Shown here piece by piece: positions 44,510 to 57,855 of a stretch of DNA of 64,000 bases. A program made the position numbers and the translations under genes. The DNA is taken from contig JAKMXF010000321.1 of assembly GCA_024704765.1 (NCBI GenBank), positions 744,001 through 808,000 of the forward strand, given 5' to 3'. This stretch comes from Oopsacas minuta (Eukaryota > Animalia > Porifera). Each line of letters starts with the position of its first letter. The stretch's first letter is position 1. The notes beneath the pieces are model-generated. The model had not been told where the DNA came from and made no database searches. It worked only from the letters and a program-made list of their open reading frames with translations.

Positions 44510-47372
44510 GATGAAGTTAAATTTGTTTAGTCAATAGAAAATATTGCCAGCTGTAAATTTGTGGGTGAAGAAAGCATAAAGATTGCTATTTAGTATACCA
44601 AAATGTCAAATGCAGATTACTGCTGTGGAAAATGAAATTTAAGAATTTTTGTAATTAAAGGCTGAGGTTTGCGCCTCCAGATACCATAAGTAAATATAAT
44701 TATGAATTCCTTATCTAAGTTCAATAAGATGAAACTAATTATAAGGTGAAAAGACCCGTGCTTGAAAATATTGAAAATAGAAATATTATTCCAATAATGA
44801 ATTTCTTATCAAATATTGAATACAAGAGCTAAATACTAATATGTTATGGTTAAGTAATTAAATTGCAAGAAAACGCCAATTGCTACACAATCAATTATTG
44901 ACACCAGAACTCATCAATGTGAAAATATGCAATAAAATATTAAATACAGCAGAAATCATGTATAAACATGTGAATAATTGGATACTAAATCAATAATATA
45001 AAAGTAATCAGACCAGGAAGGGATATTCAGATTATGTTGCAGTTTGGTCCTACAAATGAATATATTTTAGAAGGTATAAACTTTTGGAAACACTCTCAAC
45101 AGGTCCGTAACAGGCACATTTGAATACAGGGATTCATCCAGGCCCCTAGCGCCATACGCCTAAAACCATAAGCGTCAAGTTAGGGTACCTGGGGGTCTGG
45201 ACCCAACAGGTTTATTGATGGGGACCGTATTTTTGTGAAATTTAAATATAGTTAGCAGCAATTTTGCATGGTAGGCCCTAGGTCTGATTTTGTTTCCTAA
45301 AACTTAGCACCAAAGCCTAAAACTACATTAGAATTCATTCATACGCCTAGAATATATACGAACGTACATTTCGGCTGTAATCAGTTAATAGCTGAAAATT
45401 ATGGCAGCCCAGCAAATGCTAAGTCTGGTCTGGTCTGGTCTACGGATTCAATCCGATAAAGATAGATAGAATAATATTCTGATCACATATGAGTGAATTT
45501 TACCAAATTTAAATAATTATTGTTATATTCTGTTGATTTGGCCAAATTTCTGGGAAATCAAAATTCTAGTCAGTACGATACATTATATATACGTATTTTG
45601 AACGAACATGTGATAAAGACTCTACTCTGACGTTGGCTGAGCTAAAATTAGTATTCATCCGGTTTATTATTGAGGAAATAGAAATTGATAATAGCATATA
45701 CGTACAGTATTTGATAATATAATTACGTCACAAAATTTGGCCAATTCAGTATTGTAAACAATTAATTAAACTAATCAATAACATAAGCTAAGCTATTGTA
45801 AATATTAATCATAACATAACTCATGAAAGAGGAAGAATTAAATAACTGTGAAAACTGAGGCACGTCAGTAAGAATAATAAATTGTCATAACGCAAGTAGA
45901 TACAGTCAATTAACACCTGTACAAGGTGTAATTACTAATAACAAATCAGATTATTATAATCAGATTATATTTTACCAAATTTCTATGTGAAAATAGCATT
46001 GTTAGAGAATTAGTGTTTCTGATTCAACCGAAATATAAATATATTCAATACTTCACTACGTTGTTGATTTTTTCAATTTTTCCTGTAAATTTGTATTAGA
46101 AGTTACTGAATTAGTAAAATCATAATCTGTCAGATGTTTCGTCAAGGAAATACTACAAAATTGCAAACATACGAACACACATACAAATACATAGAATATT
46201 AAGATCAAATCGAAATAAAACACTCACTGATGGAAAATGGAAACATTGCATTGAATCCTGAATTCTATGATAGATTCAAACAGAAAATTTTCTATTTTTA
46301 ATATGTAAATTACTTGTGAGATAAATTCCTCTCAAAAATATTTCAACACAAATAATATATCTCAATTTGAACTAAATTTTCGAAAACAAATTAATTATAT
46401 TTTTTCTCAAAATATTGAAAATATCCCAAATTTTAAATCTCTACAAACATAATCGTAAATAAGGGAAAAATTAGTTGCAATAATAAACGGGAAGTTGCAT
46501 TGTGAAACAATCAAATATTTCTAGAAACAAATATTGGCAAATTTACCAAAAGAATAATAAACAAGAATGATTCCAATAAATTGAAATAATTATTAATTTT
46601 ATTGAGAAAAATCAAAAATAGAAATCTTACATTAGTGATTAGTCGTAGAATCATTTTGAAACAATTTTAGAGTTTGATCGCCCAAATGACCCGACTATTT
46701 GCTTACAAATCTCAAATAGCACCATATGGAATATGAATTCCAATCACAACAAAATTAATGAGATCTTAGTGTATGATATAATTTTGTCAGTTTCTTTAAA
46801 ATAATAATACAATATGCAGGTGTAATAATCTATGTATTGACTACTCACTCTGTATATAATATTTTAATAGTGGTGCTATAGAATAATCTTGTCACATACA
46901 CACATGGAATGGGCTGTCCTTTCCAAAACCGTTTTCGGACGGAGAGAGGAATAAACTGGTTAAAACGGTAAAATTGCCCACTATTTTTGCTTGAAAATGC
47001 GCTAAAATATGGATAGTGGATTGAATTTAATTCCCATGCCGTTGGAAGGCTACGATGGTTAGATAACTGAGTTCCCGAGGCCTGTACCGAAACAGGGAGG
47101 GACACTTAACACATAATAGCCAAATGCTCCTGAAGGGACATACAAATGACCTAAGCGCAATGACCGCCACTGATACATATATTAAATTAGAATTAGCCTC
47201 CATGGGATTTATAAAATAATTAATATGACCAACAAATACACAAATTACTGTTAATACTATGCATGCATAATAATACTAAATCTTGGTTACACTCATATTC
47301 AACAGTAAACACAAATAAGCAATAAACTAGCAGAGGGTAAATAATATTCCTTACAAAAACATGACGTCATAA

Positions 47373-48337
47373 TCACTGTAGAATCTTAATGAACTCACTA
47401 TGAGCTGAATCTAGTTCAAATATCATTTCCCTTGCTTCCTCCTCACTCAATTCATCGTATACAGACATACTATCCAATTTATCGAGCCATTTCTTAACTT
47501 TAACTACAGAATTGTGGTCATTTGATAGGGTACTCATAGTGAGGAGAGTTTCAAATAACTCTTTCAAATCAGGATGTAACTCATCCATAGCTCTGAGGTT
47601 AAGCTTCAATCTGTCTGATATAGTAATGAATAAGCTTACTACATTGGCTATTACCTTGGATTGGTTTCCTGAATCATTCTTTATTGTGATAGGTCTATCT
47701 TCTTTAATCCTTTCTAGAGCAGCTGGACAGTCTAGGTTGTATTTCTTAGTGAACACCTCGATTTTGTTTTGATACTCGTGTGATATCACTTTGAATGCAG
47801 CCTAGATATAAATGTAGTATGCATTATAATATCTAGGGTTTCTTAAACTGTGGGTATATCACCAAATTTGGGCACTCTGTCAGGCCACAGAGATAGTTTG
47901 ATCGAACTTTAACGTGAATTACTAATTTGTTACTAATAATTACTATCACATCTTGGATGTTAAAAGTCATATAACTACAGAGCATGTCGGTAGGAATAAA
48001 TACATTCATTAAATAATATTCACAATACAGAGGGTCCGTTTGTGACCAAGTGGCCCATTTAATCGGTGACTCTATTACGAGGAGTCTATCGTAGTTGAAT
48101 TTCTTACAAAATAATATATAAATATTAATAGCATGAATATTAGCAATTCACCTTATACTGCACCAGTAACTTAGAACAAGCAGCTGTATACTCCTGTGGA
48201 TGTACTGCATCTTTAATATAAGCTTTCTCTAACATCTGGATAGTCTGTACAAGAGCAAATAGTACTGCTTCATTGTCTATCTGTTCTCTCTCACGTGCAT
48301 TTGTGTGTAGCTTAATTTCTTGCTGTAGATCTGTCAT
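47373..48337 (-). CDS. VPS28: ESCRT-I subunit VPS28, two exons (48337-48152, 47801-47373), 204 aa
   Basis: Exon 1 ends [13 protein letters not shown]|GT; AG|AAFKV resumes in phase 0; [33 protein letters not shown] motifs. Confidence 0.95.
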
Positions 48338-49144
48338 AGCTTAAAATATGAATAAAGTACAGTAGACCCTCGGTAATCCGTACAGCAGGAAACCTATTTA
48401 TTTATGGAATTTGACCAAATAATATATGATATTGGAGCTACTGATAACTTAAGTACTCATTTTCTCAAACGTTGTGGTGATGTTAGGCATATATTTGTAC
48501 AAATATGTAGTCAAATATTCCAAATTACAAAATTCCCATTATTTCACTTATCCGAACACTAAACTTGAAATTCAAAGACGAAGATGTTCGAATAACCGAA
48601 GGTGTAAAGTATAGTATTCAATAGTTATTACTGATAGTATTAAACTAATATAATTCTATGATTCAACTTCTACAATGAGGTAATTGGTATTAATTAATTA
48701 GTTAATTAATTATTTTCTAATTTTGCTAGTATCTGAGCTAAAAATGGATACCGGTGCATTTCTGACGATTTCGCCATTGGAAATTTGTCACTGATGCAAA
48801 ATCTATACGCGTGTATACCTGGTAATAATAAAGGTACTCTCACAGTATACTTTGTTACATATAGTATATTTAAAATAAATATTATGGAAAAAGGGCTCAA
48901 AAAGGCTTGAATTTAAGTCCTTAAACAAGGGATGGACTTGGACCTAAGCCATTTAGGCTTCAATGCCTGACATAACTTAGGAAATACAGGTACTTTTCAG
49001 TAATTATACAAGAAAGATATTGAAAAATTGCAGAGATCTAACAGATATAGCTATCAGTTGAATAATATAAGAGTAGTACTTTCACTAAAGATAATTAAAT
49101 AAACAGAAACAAGCACCACAACTGATACAAAATGAAATGAATAA

Positions 49145-49786
49145 TTATTTAGTTATAGGAATTTTCACGTTATGTTCTTCATCAGTTTCTATACCGATCT
49201 CATCCAAAAGTTCCCGTTTCGATTTCGGATAATTTTCTAGAATCTGATCTAACATGTCAGAAGCTAATCTTTTACGTTTCTTCCAGTGTCCTATATTACC
49301 TGAGTGTTGTTTTTGTATACGAGATTTTTCTGTGGGAGTGATCTGTTTACCACCAGATGATTTTATGGTATTCAGTCGTGTCTCTAGATCGGTACACAAT
49401 TCTATAGTTTCCTTAACTTTAAGTTTAGTATCTTCTAGGCTAAGAGAGTTACTAACAGTTTTTATTTCAGATTCTAATGCTTTTATACTACCCTTTAGAG
49501 TCTGTATTTTATCCTCACAGTTACTGATCTCGTTATCTAGCTCTTTCATTTCGCTATCACTGAGGTTAGGCATTGTACTCTGCTCTATACAATATACCTT
49601 AGTTTTGTTATAAACCTTCTCTTTAACTTTATTCTCTGTGACGTACAAATCTAGAGCTCTCTGTACAGATGTCTTTCCTACCTCCTTGTTAAGATTGCTG
49701 GTAATGTCCTGAGCATTGTATGGTCTGTTCTGCTTACGTAGATAGGCTAGAACTTTCTGGTATTCTGCTAGCTCCTTCTTACTCAT
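49145..49786 (-). CDS. PSMC3IP: Homologous-pairing protein 2 (HOP2/TBPIP), 213 aa
   Basis: VLAYLRKQNRPYNAQDI..NL.KEVGKT.V...L winged-helix start, KEKVYNKTKVY, coiled coil, WKKRKR.ASDM...ILE.YPKSK..L.DEIGIETDE. Confidence 0.93.
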   Translation of the reverse strand: MSKKELAEYQKVLAYLRKQNRPYNAQDITSNLNKEVGKTSVQRALDLYVTENKVKEKVYNKTKVYCIEQSTMPNLSDSEMKELDNEISNCEDKIQTLKGSIKALESEIKTVSNSLSLEDTKLKVKETIELCTDLETRLNTIKSSGGKQITPTEKSRIQKQHSGNIGHWKKRKRLASDMLDQILENYPKSKRELLDEIGIETDEEHNVKIPITK

Positions 49787-50362
49787 TCCTCGATTCTAAT
49801 TAGATTGAATGAAAATGTAAGGATTTTACGAATACAGAGGAACATGTTAATAACTACTATGTGATGGGATGTCTAACAGTGGATAATATGTAGAAAGGGA
49901 GACATAGAGACAGGTATTTATCGGAACAGTTCTGAGATCAACTCTAAATGTTGTAGGCATGTTGGGGATACGTATTTTTACTATTGTCAGACTGGTGTTG
50001 CTATTTGACCATACAAAATATATTATTTCCCGATAAGTATATAGTTTGTTGCTGTATAGTAAACACAGGTTGATTATATGGAGAAGTATACTGTATTAAG
50101 ATGACGGTTATAACAGCAGGGGTGTAATGTAACTAGCATTGAGGCAGAGGATGCAATTGCCTACTTGCATCCTCGCCCTTTGCTTCATCTCCATATTGTA
50201 ATCAGAATTTTAATAATGCAAATCCTCGACCTTGCGTTTTGAGATTATAGTCATGCCCCAGAACAGGTTACACTGTAATTCTTGGATAATTATTTCGCAT
50301 TTTTATTATCCTTATGCATCACATATACAGAATATGAAATATACAAATATATAATCACATAA

Positions 50363-50863
50363 CTACAATATGATAGAAATAGTAGTAACAGAGTGTAGAG
50401 AGCTTAAAGAGGTATCTGTTAGTGGATTATCTGATAGAGTGACGTCAGTTAAAGATGGAAGAAACATAAAACATTCAGTAGTGACATTAGTTATATTATT
50501 ACTGGTAAGATTCAATACAGCTAGAGAAGGTATTTTCCTTATAGAATCGGGAATTTGTATAAATTCATTATGAGAAGCATTGAGTATTTTCAATAGAGTT
50601 AATAGACTAGCTTGATCTGGTAAATCACTCAGTTTATTAGAAGATATGTTTAAAATAGTGATTGCATGAAATGTGGTAAAGAATTTAGCTGAGAGAATTT
50701 GTATAGAATTAATAGAAATGTCTACTGAATTAATTTGTGTATGTTTTAACATTAAACATATTCCATCAGGAAATTTCTTGAGCTGACAACCTGTGAGAGA
50801 GAGATCTCCTGTTTCTGAAGCTGTTAGACTAGCTTGACCTACTTTAGCAGCTTCTTCAGCCAT
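50363..50863 (-). CDS. LRRC20: Small leucine-rich repeat protein, LRRC20-like (166 aa)
   Basis: MAEEAAKVGQA...GDLSLTGCQLKKFPDGI..ML...SAKFFTTF..IT.LN.S.NKLSDLP follows the LRRC20 pattern; start ATG 50863. Confidence 0.7.
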   Translation of the reverse strand: MAEEAAKVGQASLTASETGDLSLTGCQLKKFPDGICLMLKHTQINSVDISINSIQILSAKFFTTFHAITILNISSNKLSDLPDQASLLTLLKILNASHNEFIQIPDSIRKIPSLAVLNLTSNNITNVTTECFMFLPSLTDVTLSDNPLTDTSLSSLHSVTTISIIL

Positions 50864-51425
50864 TATATTCCAGCTAAGTATTGGGGGAGTATAAATAGAA
50901 TATGAATAGGAGATATACAGTCGAACCACCGAGATTTGTTGTCCGGGGGATGTATGGATGTCAGTAATAACACTATCTCTATTCTATTTCTATTCCTTTA
51001 ATACAGATTACAAGATGATTATTATTCCGAGTTAGATAGGTCATCACAGTCAGTGCTGGCTAAGAAACGTGTTTGAAGGAAATACAGCAAAAGCAACAAC
51101 ATTATGAGGAAAATTACCCGGAAAGTTGAAAACTTTTTGAACTGATTCAAATAACCGCAAGTGTGGACGGTTTAGGGAGGTTCCAGGATCTCGGAGGTTC
51201 GATTATATAAATCTACACAGAATTTTCAAGCGATTAATCATTGTTTGATTATGAATTAGTGTCCAGAGTATAACAAGACAGAAGTAAAATAACAAACAAA
51301 GTAGCACATATTCTAGGCCACTATACTAACCCAAACACTCAGTTATACAAATGGGTGACGCTGATAGTCCATAAATTTAAATTCGCACTCTTAGATTTGG
51401 AGATGGAGTGAAGACTTCTTACTTG

Positions 51426-51604
51426 GATCTTCTCCATTAATAAATACAGTAGACACCGCTTAATATTGGCCACATCGGATCAGGCCATTTTGACTCGATT
51501 AAGCGGAATAAGGTATTAATCGGAGTAATGTAACACTAGTTGTACGATTCTGTTTCTGGCCAAGTGCTTGGTTAACCGGTGACTCTATTAAGCAGAGTCT
51601 GCTG
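51426..51604. mobile_element. Tigger/pogo-like MITE
   Basis: TIRs cagtagacaccgcttaat / attaagcagagtctgctg flanked by TA on both sides; relatives at ~43990-44078 and ~48027-48093. Confidence 0.7.
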
Positions 51605-51749
51605 TATTTCTAAACATATGAAGGTACAGTTCGATTGTTGGTTTAATTGGTTAGTTAATTACGTACAATACCATTAGCATAAATATTAGAATATAAACAG
51701 CCAACAGTACAAATAGTAAGAGATGACGTCATGATACTAACAACTTCAT

Positions 51750-52163
51750 TCATTCGTCCAGTTTTTTCAAACGCAAATTAACGAATTTTGATACAAATGT
51801 TTTTTGCGGAATTTTAGGAATCCTTTGAGGTAATTCTGAAAATGGAAACCATTTTCGATGAGATTTATAATATTTTTCCCTCCAGTCATCTCGTAACTCA
51901 ATCATTATGAGGGTATAGACACGAGTTCTAACTTCAAATCCATCTTTTGAAATATGAAAATACTCTCCTATGTACTCAGGCTCCCCACCTACAAATCCTG
52001 TCTCTTCTAGAGATTCTCTGATAGCGGAATCAGGCGCCTCTTCTCCTTCCTCAATTCCTCCTCCAGGTAGCCCCCACCTTTCTGGATCTTTATTCGATGT
52101 ACACAGAAGTACTTCTTGTCTAGTAGAGTCTCTGAAGCATATAGCACTTGCTCTCTGCTTCAT
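51750..52163 (-). CDS. Nudix hydrolase, diphosphoinositol-polyphosphate phosphohydrolase (NUDT3/4-like), 137 aa
   Basis: KQRASAICFR...EVLL.TS.KDPERW.LPGGGIEEGEE...SAIRESLEETG: Nudix box plus DIPP-type N-terminus. Confidence 0.85.
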   Translation of the reverse strand: MKQRASAICFRDSTRQEVLLCTSNKDPERWGLPGGGIEEGEEAPDSAIRESLEETGFVGGEPEYIGEYFHISKDGFEVRTRVYTLIMIELRDDWREKYYKSHRKWFPFSELPQRIPKIPQKTFVSKFVNLRLKKLDE

Positions 52164-52927
52164 TTACTGCAGCTACGTAATAGCTAATCAGTTCTTTCGT
52201 TATAAATTATGAATTACTAAAAGAGCTATCCTGTATACATATAGAACTTGTATTAAATCCTATAGAAGCTAATACAAATCCGTAGAAAGATTATATGCCG
52301 TTATCAAAAATTCGAGAATGTTTTATTTAATCTCATAAAATGACCTGGCTCAATAAGATTATTCATATTACAGCTACAGGTCGGATGGCACGGGTTTTGT
52401 GGTACCATAGCAATAGTACAAACTACAAACAGCACCATAAGGTAGTCAAGTGGCGGCGGACGCGGCCCTCCATTAAATCATTTGCGTTATGTTGTGCAAT
52501 GGGTAATACTTTTAAAAATCGGATATTTTAAAATGTGCGATAGTCTTTGGTGTTCTTATTAAGTTCTAGAGACGTCTGTATATGCATTAATTAGTCATGA
52601 TAATTCGCATGATGGATCCAAAACACGAACACAATACATTATAAGAATCAAGACATGAGTAATAAATTGTCATGGATAATCACATAAACTTGACACAATC
52701 AGAACCATCAAACTGATTATGAGATATACCTTACCTCCAGAGACCTGACGTAAGGAATAGAGAAAATACCAATTATCTGATAACTATAATTAAAATATGA
52801 AATAAAATAAAATATAAAGATGCTCATCTAGGCAGAATCCTTAAGTAAAGATCAAATTATGTACAGATGATTCAATCCAATTTCTGTAGGATGTAACCAC
52901 TATTTGAACAGTATTATAACCTCACAC

Positions 52928-53527
52928 TCACATATAAATAGGAATTTTACTAGCAATAGGTTTTCTACACACATGACATTGTGACACTTTAACTGAGCAC
53001 TTAGAGCAGGTAGTGTGACCACATGGAAGAAAGGCAATAACCTTATGTTGATCATCATCAAAATCTTCAAAACAGACTATACAACTTGGTTTCTCTCCTG
53101 ATGAAGTTGTGGAGGCAGTTTTAGGGGCGGATTGGCTAGTCTTCTTGGGGGAGAGATCTGGTGGAGGTATATAAGAGGCAGGTTTTGTACTGTAGGAAGG
53201 TTTTGTACTGTAGGAAGGTTTGGAAGAAGTAGGTTTATAAGTAGGGGTGGATGTAGCAGGAGGTTGTGAACTCCCGATGGCAGCTTTTTCAATGACACGT
53301 AAACACGCTGGATTATAGGTCCAAGAGGATCCGTTTACTTCCACACGGACATCTCCATCTTGATACAGACGGGCTATCTTTCCTTTCTGTCCTATCGTTC
53401 CTGCCATAGCATCCACCCAGCCTCCGTGATCCACTTGTAGCTGTTTGACGCGTTTCTCATCTCCCATCACCTGTACACGATCTCCTATACTAAGGCCATG
53501 AGAGAAACTAGGCTGATCTTGAGCCAT
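52928..53527 (-). CDS. Mind-bomb repeat (SH3_15/REP) + Pro/Ser linker + C-terminal RING finger, 199 aa
   Basis: LSIGDRVQV.GDEKRVKQLQ.DHGGW.DAM...IGQKGKI..LY.DGDVRVEV.GSSWTYNPACL is the Mib REP domain; CIVC...FLPCGH..CSKC......CHVCR is a C3HC4 RING. Confidence 0.85.
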   Translation of the reverse strand: MAQDQPSFSHGLSIGDRVQVMGDEKRVKQLQVDHGGWVDAMAGTIGQKGKIARLYQDGDVRVEVNGSSWTYNPACLRVIEKAAIGSSQPPATSTPTYKPTSSKPSYSTKPSYSTKPASYIPPPDLSPKKTSQSAPKTASTTSSGEKPSCIVCFEDFDDDQHKVIAFLPCGHTTCSKCSVKVSQCHVCRKPIASKIPIYM

Positions 53528-54013
53528 CTGATATCAATCTAGCTGGAAGAGAAACTAAATATACATTATAAAAGCTGGGTTAGCAAATGTTGAATCAGTC
53601 AACTCATGTTATATAGAAGCTTAAGGGATCGCGATAGTTTAACCTTCACAACTGGACTGTGCAGTGGAAAATGGAAACTTCTGGATATGGAGTGAAAAGT
53701 GATAGAGCGAATTCCTAGTACCAGCCCTCATAATTCACATACAGGGAAACATGAAGAATATTAAGGAGAGCACTCAATTTATGATTCAGGAACGGGAGAT
53801 GAAGCGGCGCTCCATTTTTGGAGAAGCGGGCAGATTATCCCTGGGTATAAACTAGCCTAACTTAAATTATACCCCCGGGTATAATTTAAAGGCAGGAAGC
53901 ATCATCTGTCCTAGCCCAGATTATACCCGGGGTTAAACTGGGTGGGGAGGTTAATCTAGGCTGTTACACCGGGACGTGACGTTGTGGTAACCTCCCAAAT
54001 TCATCATCCAAAG

Positions 54014-54528
54014 CAGAGTGGACCATGGGTCAATGGGTCATGGGATAGACCCCAACCTATCACTTTCCATATGCATCATACCGTTTGTACGGTTTATTGC
54101 AAAATATAGACAAGTAAGGATAATAGTTAGTATGAAAAATATGACCTAACTAACATGTGCTAAATTAAAATAATTTCAGGAATATTTCGAATTTTTAAAA
54201 TTTCGTAATACAAGCTATCGCTACAAATGCTGTATGTCATGGCTCCGTGGCCCATGACCCATGACCAGGCCCGACGGAAGCTCGCGAGAGGTGGGGCGGC
54301 CTTGAATTGTGATGATCGCAGATAAATAAAGTTAATTTGAAGGGATCGCGAACCCCTCAAATATAAATTACGGTTATGAAATAAAGTCTGAAAGTTTGAG
54401 AACAACTCCCCTAGAGATTACATTTGTTCTCAATGCAAATCAAAGTTGAGCATAAGTTATGGCAGTTCGAACTAAGTGATCAATAAATATATCTAATTCT
54501 GTAATCTATATAATATAATATAAATTGA

Positions 54529-54575
<47 letters not shown>

Positions 54576-55439
54576 TTGTTTCTTTGTTGACAAGGAAAGG
54601 ATGTACAGTATGCAAGGTTGAAATTGTCGCATAGCTATGTATTATCGTGTTTCATTAGGAAGAAATAGAATTCAATAAAACTTCACTAAATATATCGAAC
54701 ATGCTGAATCCGATTTTCACACTTTTGGATGAATCATATGTAAATTTAGTGTTGATTTTATGAATATACAGGAAACAATTAGCAATATCTCAAAATTTAC
54801 TTAGCTACTTGCTCTCAACAGCTACAAAGGGGGTTTACCTAACAAAATATTTCAATAATATATATTCCATATACGTATATTTGTGAATTACATTGTTCTA
54901 AATATATCTATATTATAATACTCAAAGGGCCGTCAATTTGGAGAATGATCGATTCCTCGAGGCGCAATGCGCCGAGTTTATCGCAAAGCGACGAGCCAAA
55001 GGCTCGCAGCAATTCATAACAAAATTGAAATTATACTATAGAAGATCCTCCGGCTTTAACTCGGTGCCTAACACATTTCTCAAATATAAAAAACTGAAAT
55101 ATATTAAAAGATAACAGAAATATTATCGCGAACCACGCCCGCGAAACTTTAAGTACCAAAAGATTCACATAAAAGTGGGGCGTCTCAGGCCGGCCCTGCC
55201 CATGACCCATTAGTAATTCAATGTATTCTCCGGTTAAATTACGAATCTCTCATCATCAAAATGATGATATACAATTGTACATAGAAATACGTGACATATT
55301 TGGCAGAGTATTAAGTTGAGCTTTTTTGAGATGTATCGTATATTCTACCCCATTAGGCAAATACTATAATAGCTCTATAACGAGTACTTTGGAGCTCGAT
55401 GGGTCATGCGTCAGCAATGTTGATCCATGGTCCACTCTG
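54014..55439. mobile_element. TIR element (cagagtggaccatgg...ccatggtccactctg) with nested insertions
   Basis: Terminal inverted repeats at 54014 and 55439; internal ccatgaccc(a) subterminal repeats; no clean TSD. Confidence 0.55.
54505..55006 (+). mobile_element. Non-autonomous Helitron-like element
   Basis: A^TCTATATAATAATA start followed by a (TCTG)n microsatellite and a 3' hairpin cgagcc-aaa-ggctcg; related segments at ~59720-59885 (+) and ~59980-60280 (-). No canonical CTAG end seen. Confidence 0.45.
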
Positions 55440-56723
55440 ATATGGACGGAGGGGTGAAATAGCTAGTGTTTTGGGACCCCGATTCTGTGCACTAAATTAC
55501 GGTTAAATGTCAAGGAAAACTTATTAATAAAACGCAATTAATCTGTGTGTATGTATGTTTGTATGTTCGGAATTGATTGAAGAAACTGGAAGACCCCCAG
55601 GGCCGATTTTTGGCATACAGGGGTATTTCTGGACTGGCTCTGAAAATTCGAGTCTTGGACGAATATTCAAACCTATGACGAAATTATGACGTCATTGTCA
55701 CCCTTTTGGATTTCGGAAAAATCACATTTCCAGCCACTGCTCAGCCAATATGGATGTTAGAAGGTTGAAATTTGAATCACAGGTACCCCTCATATGCCAC
55801 ACGTTCTAACGTTATGATTTTGGCCAAATGCAATCTCATCGTTAAATTATTACGTCATCATACTGTACAAAAATTGAAAATTTTCCAAATTTCGAGAAGT
55901 TCTAGAATTTCTTAATATACAAGGCACGAAGTAACAAGATTACTAAACAAAAGCTACGTAAGAGTTCCAGTATCACCACTGAAGGCCATTAGATGGAATT
56001 TGGATAATAAAATATTAAGGTGGAACTCTAAACTCACAATTGAGGTAGTATAGTTCTGATATAGTCCTTAAAATTACAATCTGCGATTGCTCTCCTTTAT
56101 TAAATTGATCAATACACTCGCAACCGTCCCCAACAATAGATCTTGTACTAGATGGAAGGAAGTTTATTCTGCTAATTTAATTTGAAATTATTCTATAATT
56201 ATGCCAAAAAATTGTCCAAACCTACAGACTGGAAGTTCGGGCCTCTGTTACACCGGCAACAATCAAAGGCTATGCCGCCCAAGGCAACTGCCTAGTATCC
56301 TTATGGTAGACCGGTCCTGTATAGCTTGGCCTAACGGCTAGCAAAAGTTCTTTTGCTGCTACGCCCATGGTTTTAACCCTCTTAACATTATGATAAGTAG
56401 ACACACTAGCTCTTAATCCAACTAATCTTAGACAATTCTCACTTATACTCATTTATTATAAATTTGACTACGAATATTAATGAATTAATTAATGAATTAT
56501 CAGTTGACACAATCGGAACTATTCCTCTAGCACTTTGTACTAGGATATTATACAAAGCGTAGAATGATTTGGTGTACACATGCTTTCAGGGGGACAAAGT
56601 TATGATTTGTAATATTATTTTATTCTAATACAAGTATGTATTACTAATTGTAAATATTGTAAATGTATTCATTCTAGATATAAATATGAATATGAATTAA
56701 AGAATTTTGATTTGGTAGTTAAG

Positions 56724-57855
56724 ATGTTCAACAGCTCAACCCTCAAATGGTCCTTGACGATATACTCACAGTTAACAAGAATGCATATTATATCGGTCAG
56801 GGATTAGGATTTATCTACACTACATTATGTGTCGTGTGGTTAGTTTATGTCATGCTCTCTATGTTCCTACAAATTAGAAACAAAAGAAGACTTGTTACTT
56901 TAATGCAACGGGACAGAAGCTTTGATTATACGATTCGTCTCTTTATGCAGAAAGAAACTATATTCCGGTATGTTATCTTTCTCGTATTTCTTTGCTTTGA
57001 ACTGATCTACTGCTTGCGGATAAATATATTTGGATTAATACTAGATCTCAAGGTAAACTCTACTGTGATTCCAATAGGTCCAAACTGCTTAGTAAATTCG
57101 CAAACATTCATCGGCTTTTCGTATGATAATAGATATATCATTATTATTCAGCATTTAGTCAGTTTGTTCGGTTATTTTTCATTTTCCATGATGATTTGGT
57201 TGTTTGGTGCTTCTCTACTCCATTTGAGTTTTGCTGCTTGAAATGAGTTGAAGATTAATATTGTTCTTCGTTTCATCTCAATAGGAATAGTTGTGAATCT
57301 TATAATAGCAGTATACGCATTGATTCCCCACACTAGTATTTTCGGTCTAATCGCACAAAGTTTGATGGATCAAATCAGTTTCTTTATCGTAGTCTACATA
57401 GCTAAGAAGAGATTCTTTCCTGCCATGAATAGTCGTGTTATAGATGCATACCATCTCCATAATACTAATGTGTATCTACAACAGAAGAGATTGTTCAAAC
57501 AGTATAAGGTGCTTGTATTTGTTTTCTTGTTCACATTTGAAGTGTATATTCTGAAGGAAATTTTCTTGTTTAACTTATTTGTGGTTTTGGAATCAATTTC
57601 TCTAAATCTTTGTTGGTTTAATGTCACATTTCGCCTACCTATGCTCACAATACCAGAATCTATAGAGAATCTCTTATTCTAATCAGTCATAATTGTTTTG
57701 TGTCCGTTCATTTTATGGATCTTCTTATATATTTTAATTTTATTATCGTAAACTTGAATATTATGTATGTAACAGCTAAGAGATGCTTAAAGAGCTGGTA
57801 TTATGACAGAGAAATATATCGTTTTCAAGTCTGTTCTGACCCATTATTGTCTTGA
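56724..57855 (+). pseudogene. Orphan 7TM family copy J (nonsense TGA at 57239-57241, frameshift near 57680, probable frameshift near 56745)
   Basis: Full-length alignment to A/B; the AGA codon of AARNE is replaced by TGA; the C-terminal segment continues in another frame to ..VCSDPLLS* at 57855. Confidence 0.85.

Noticed and set aside
56255-56400. GC-richer segment with small hairpins as a possible ncRNA
   Set aside because: No tRNA, snRNA or rRNA signature recognised; adjacent to a tgttacaccgg repeat end, so more likely transposon-derived.
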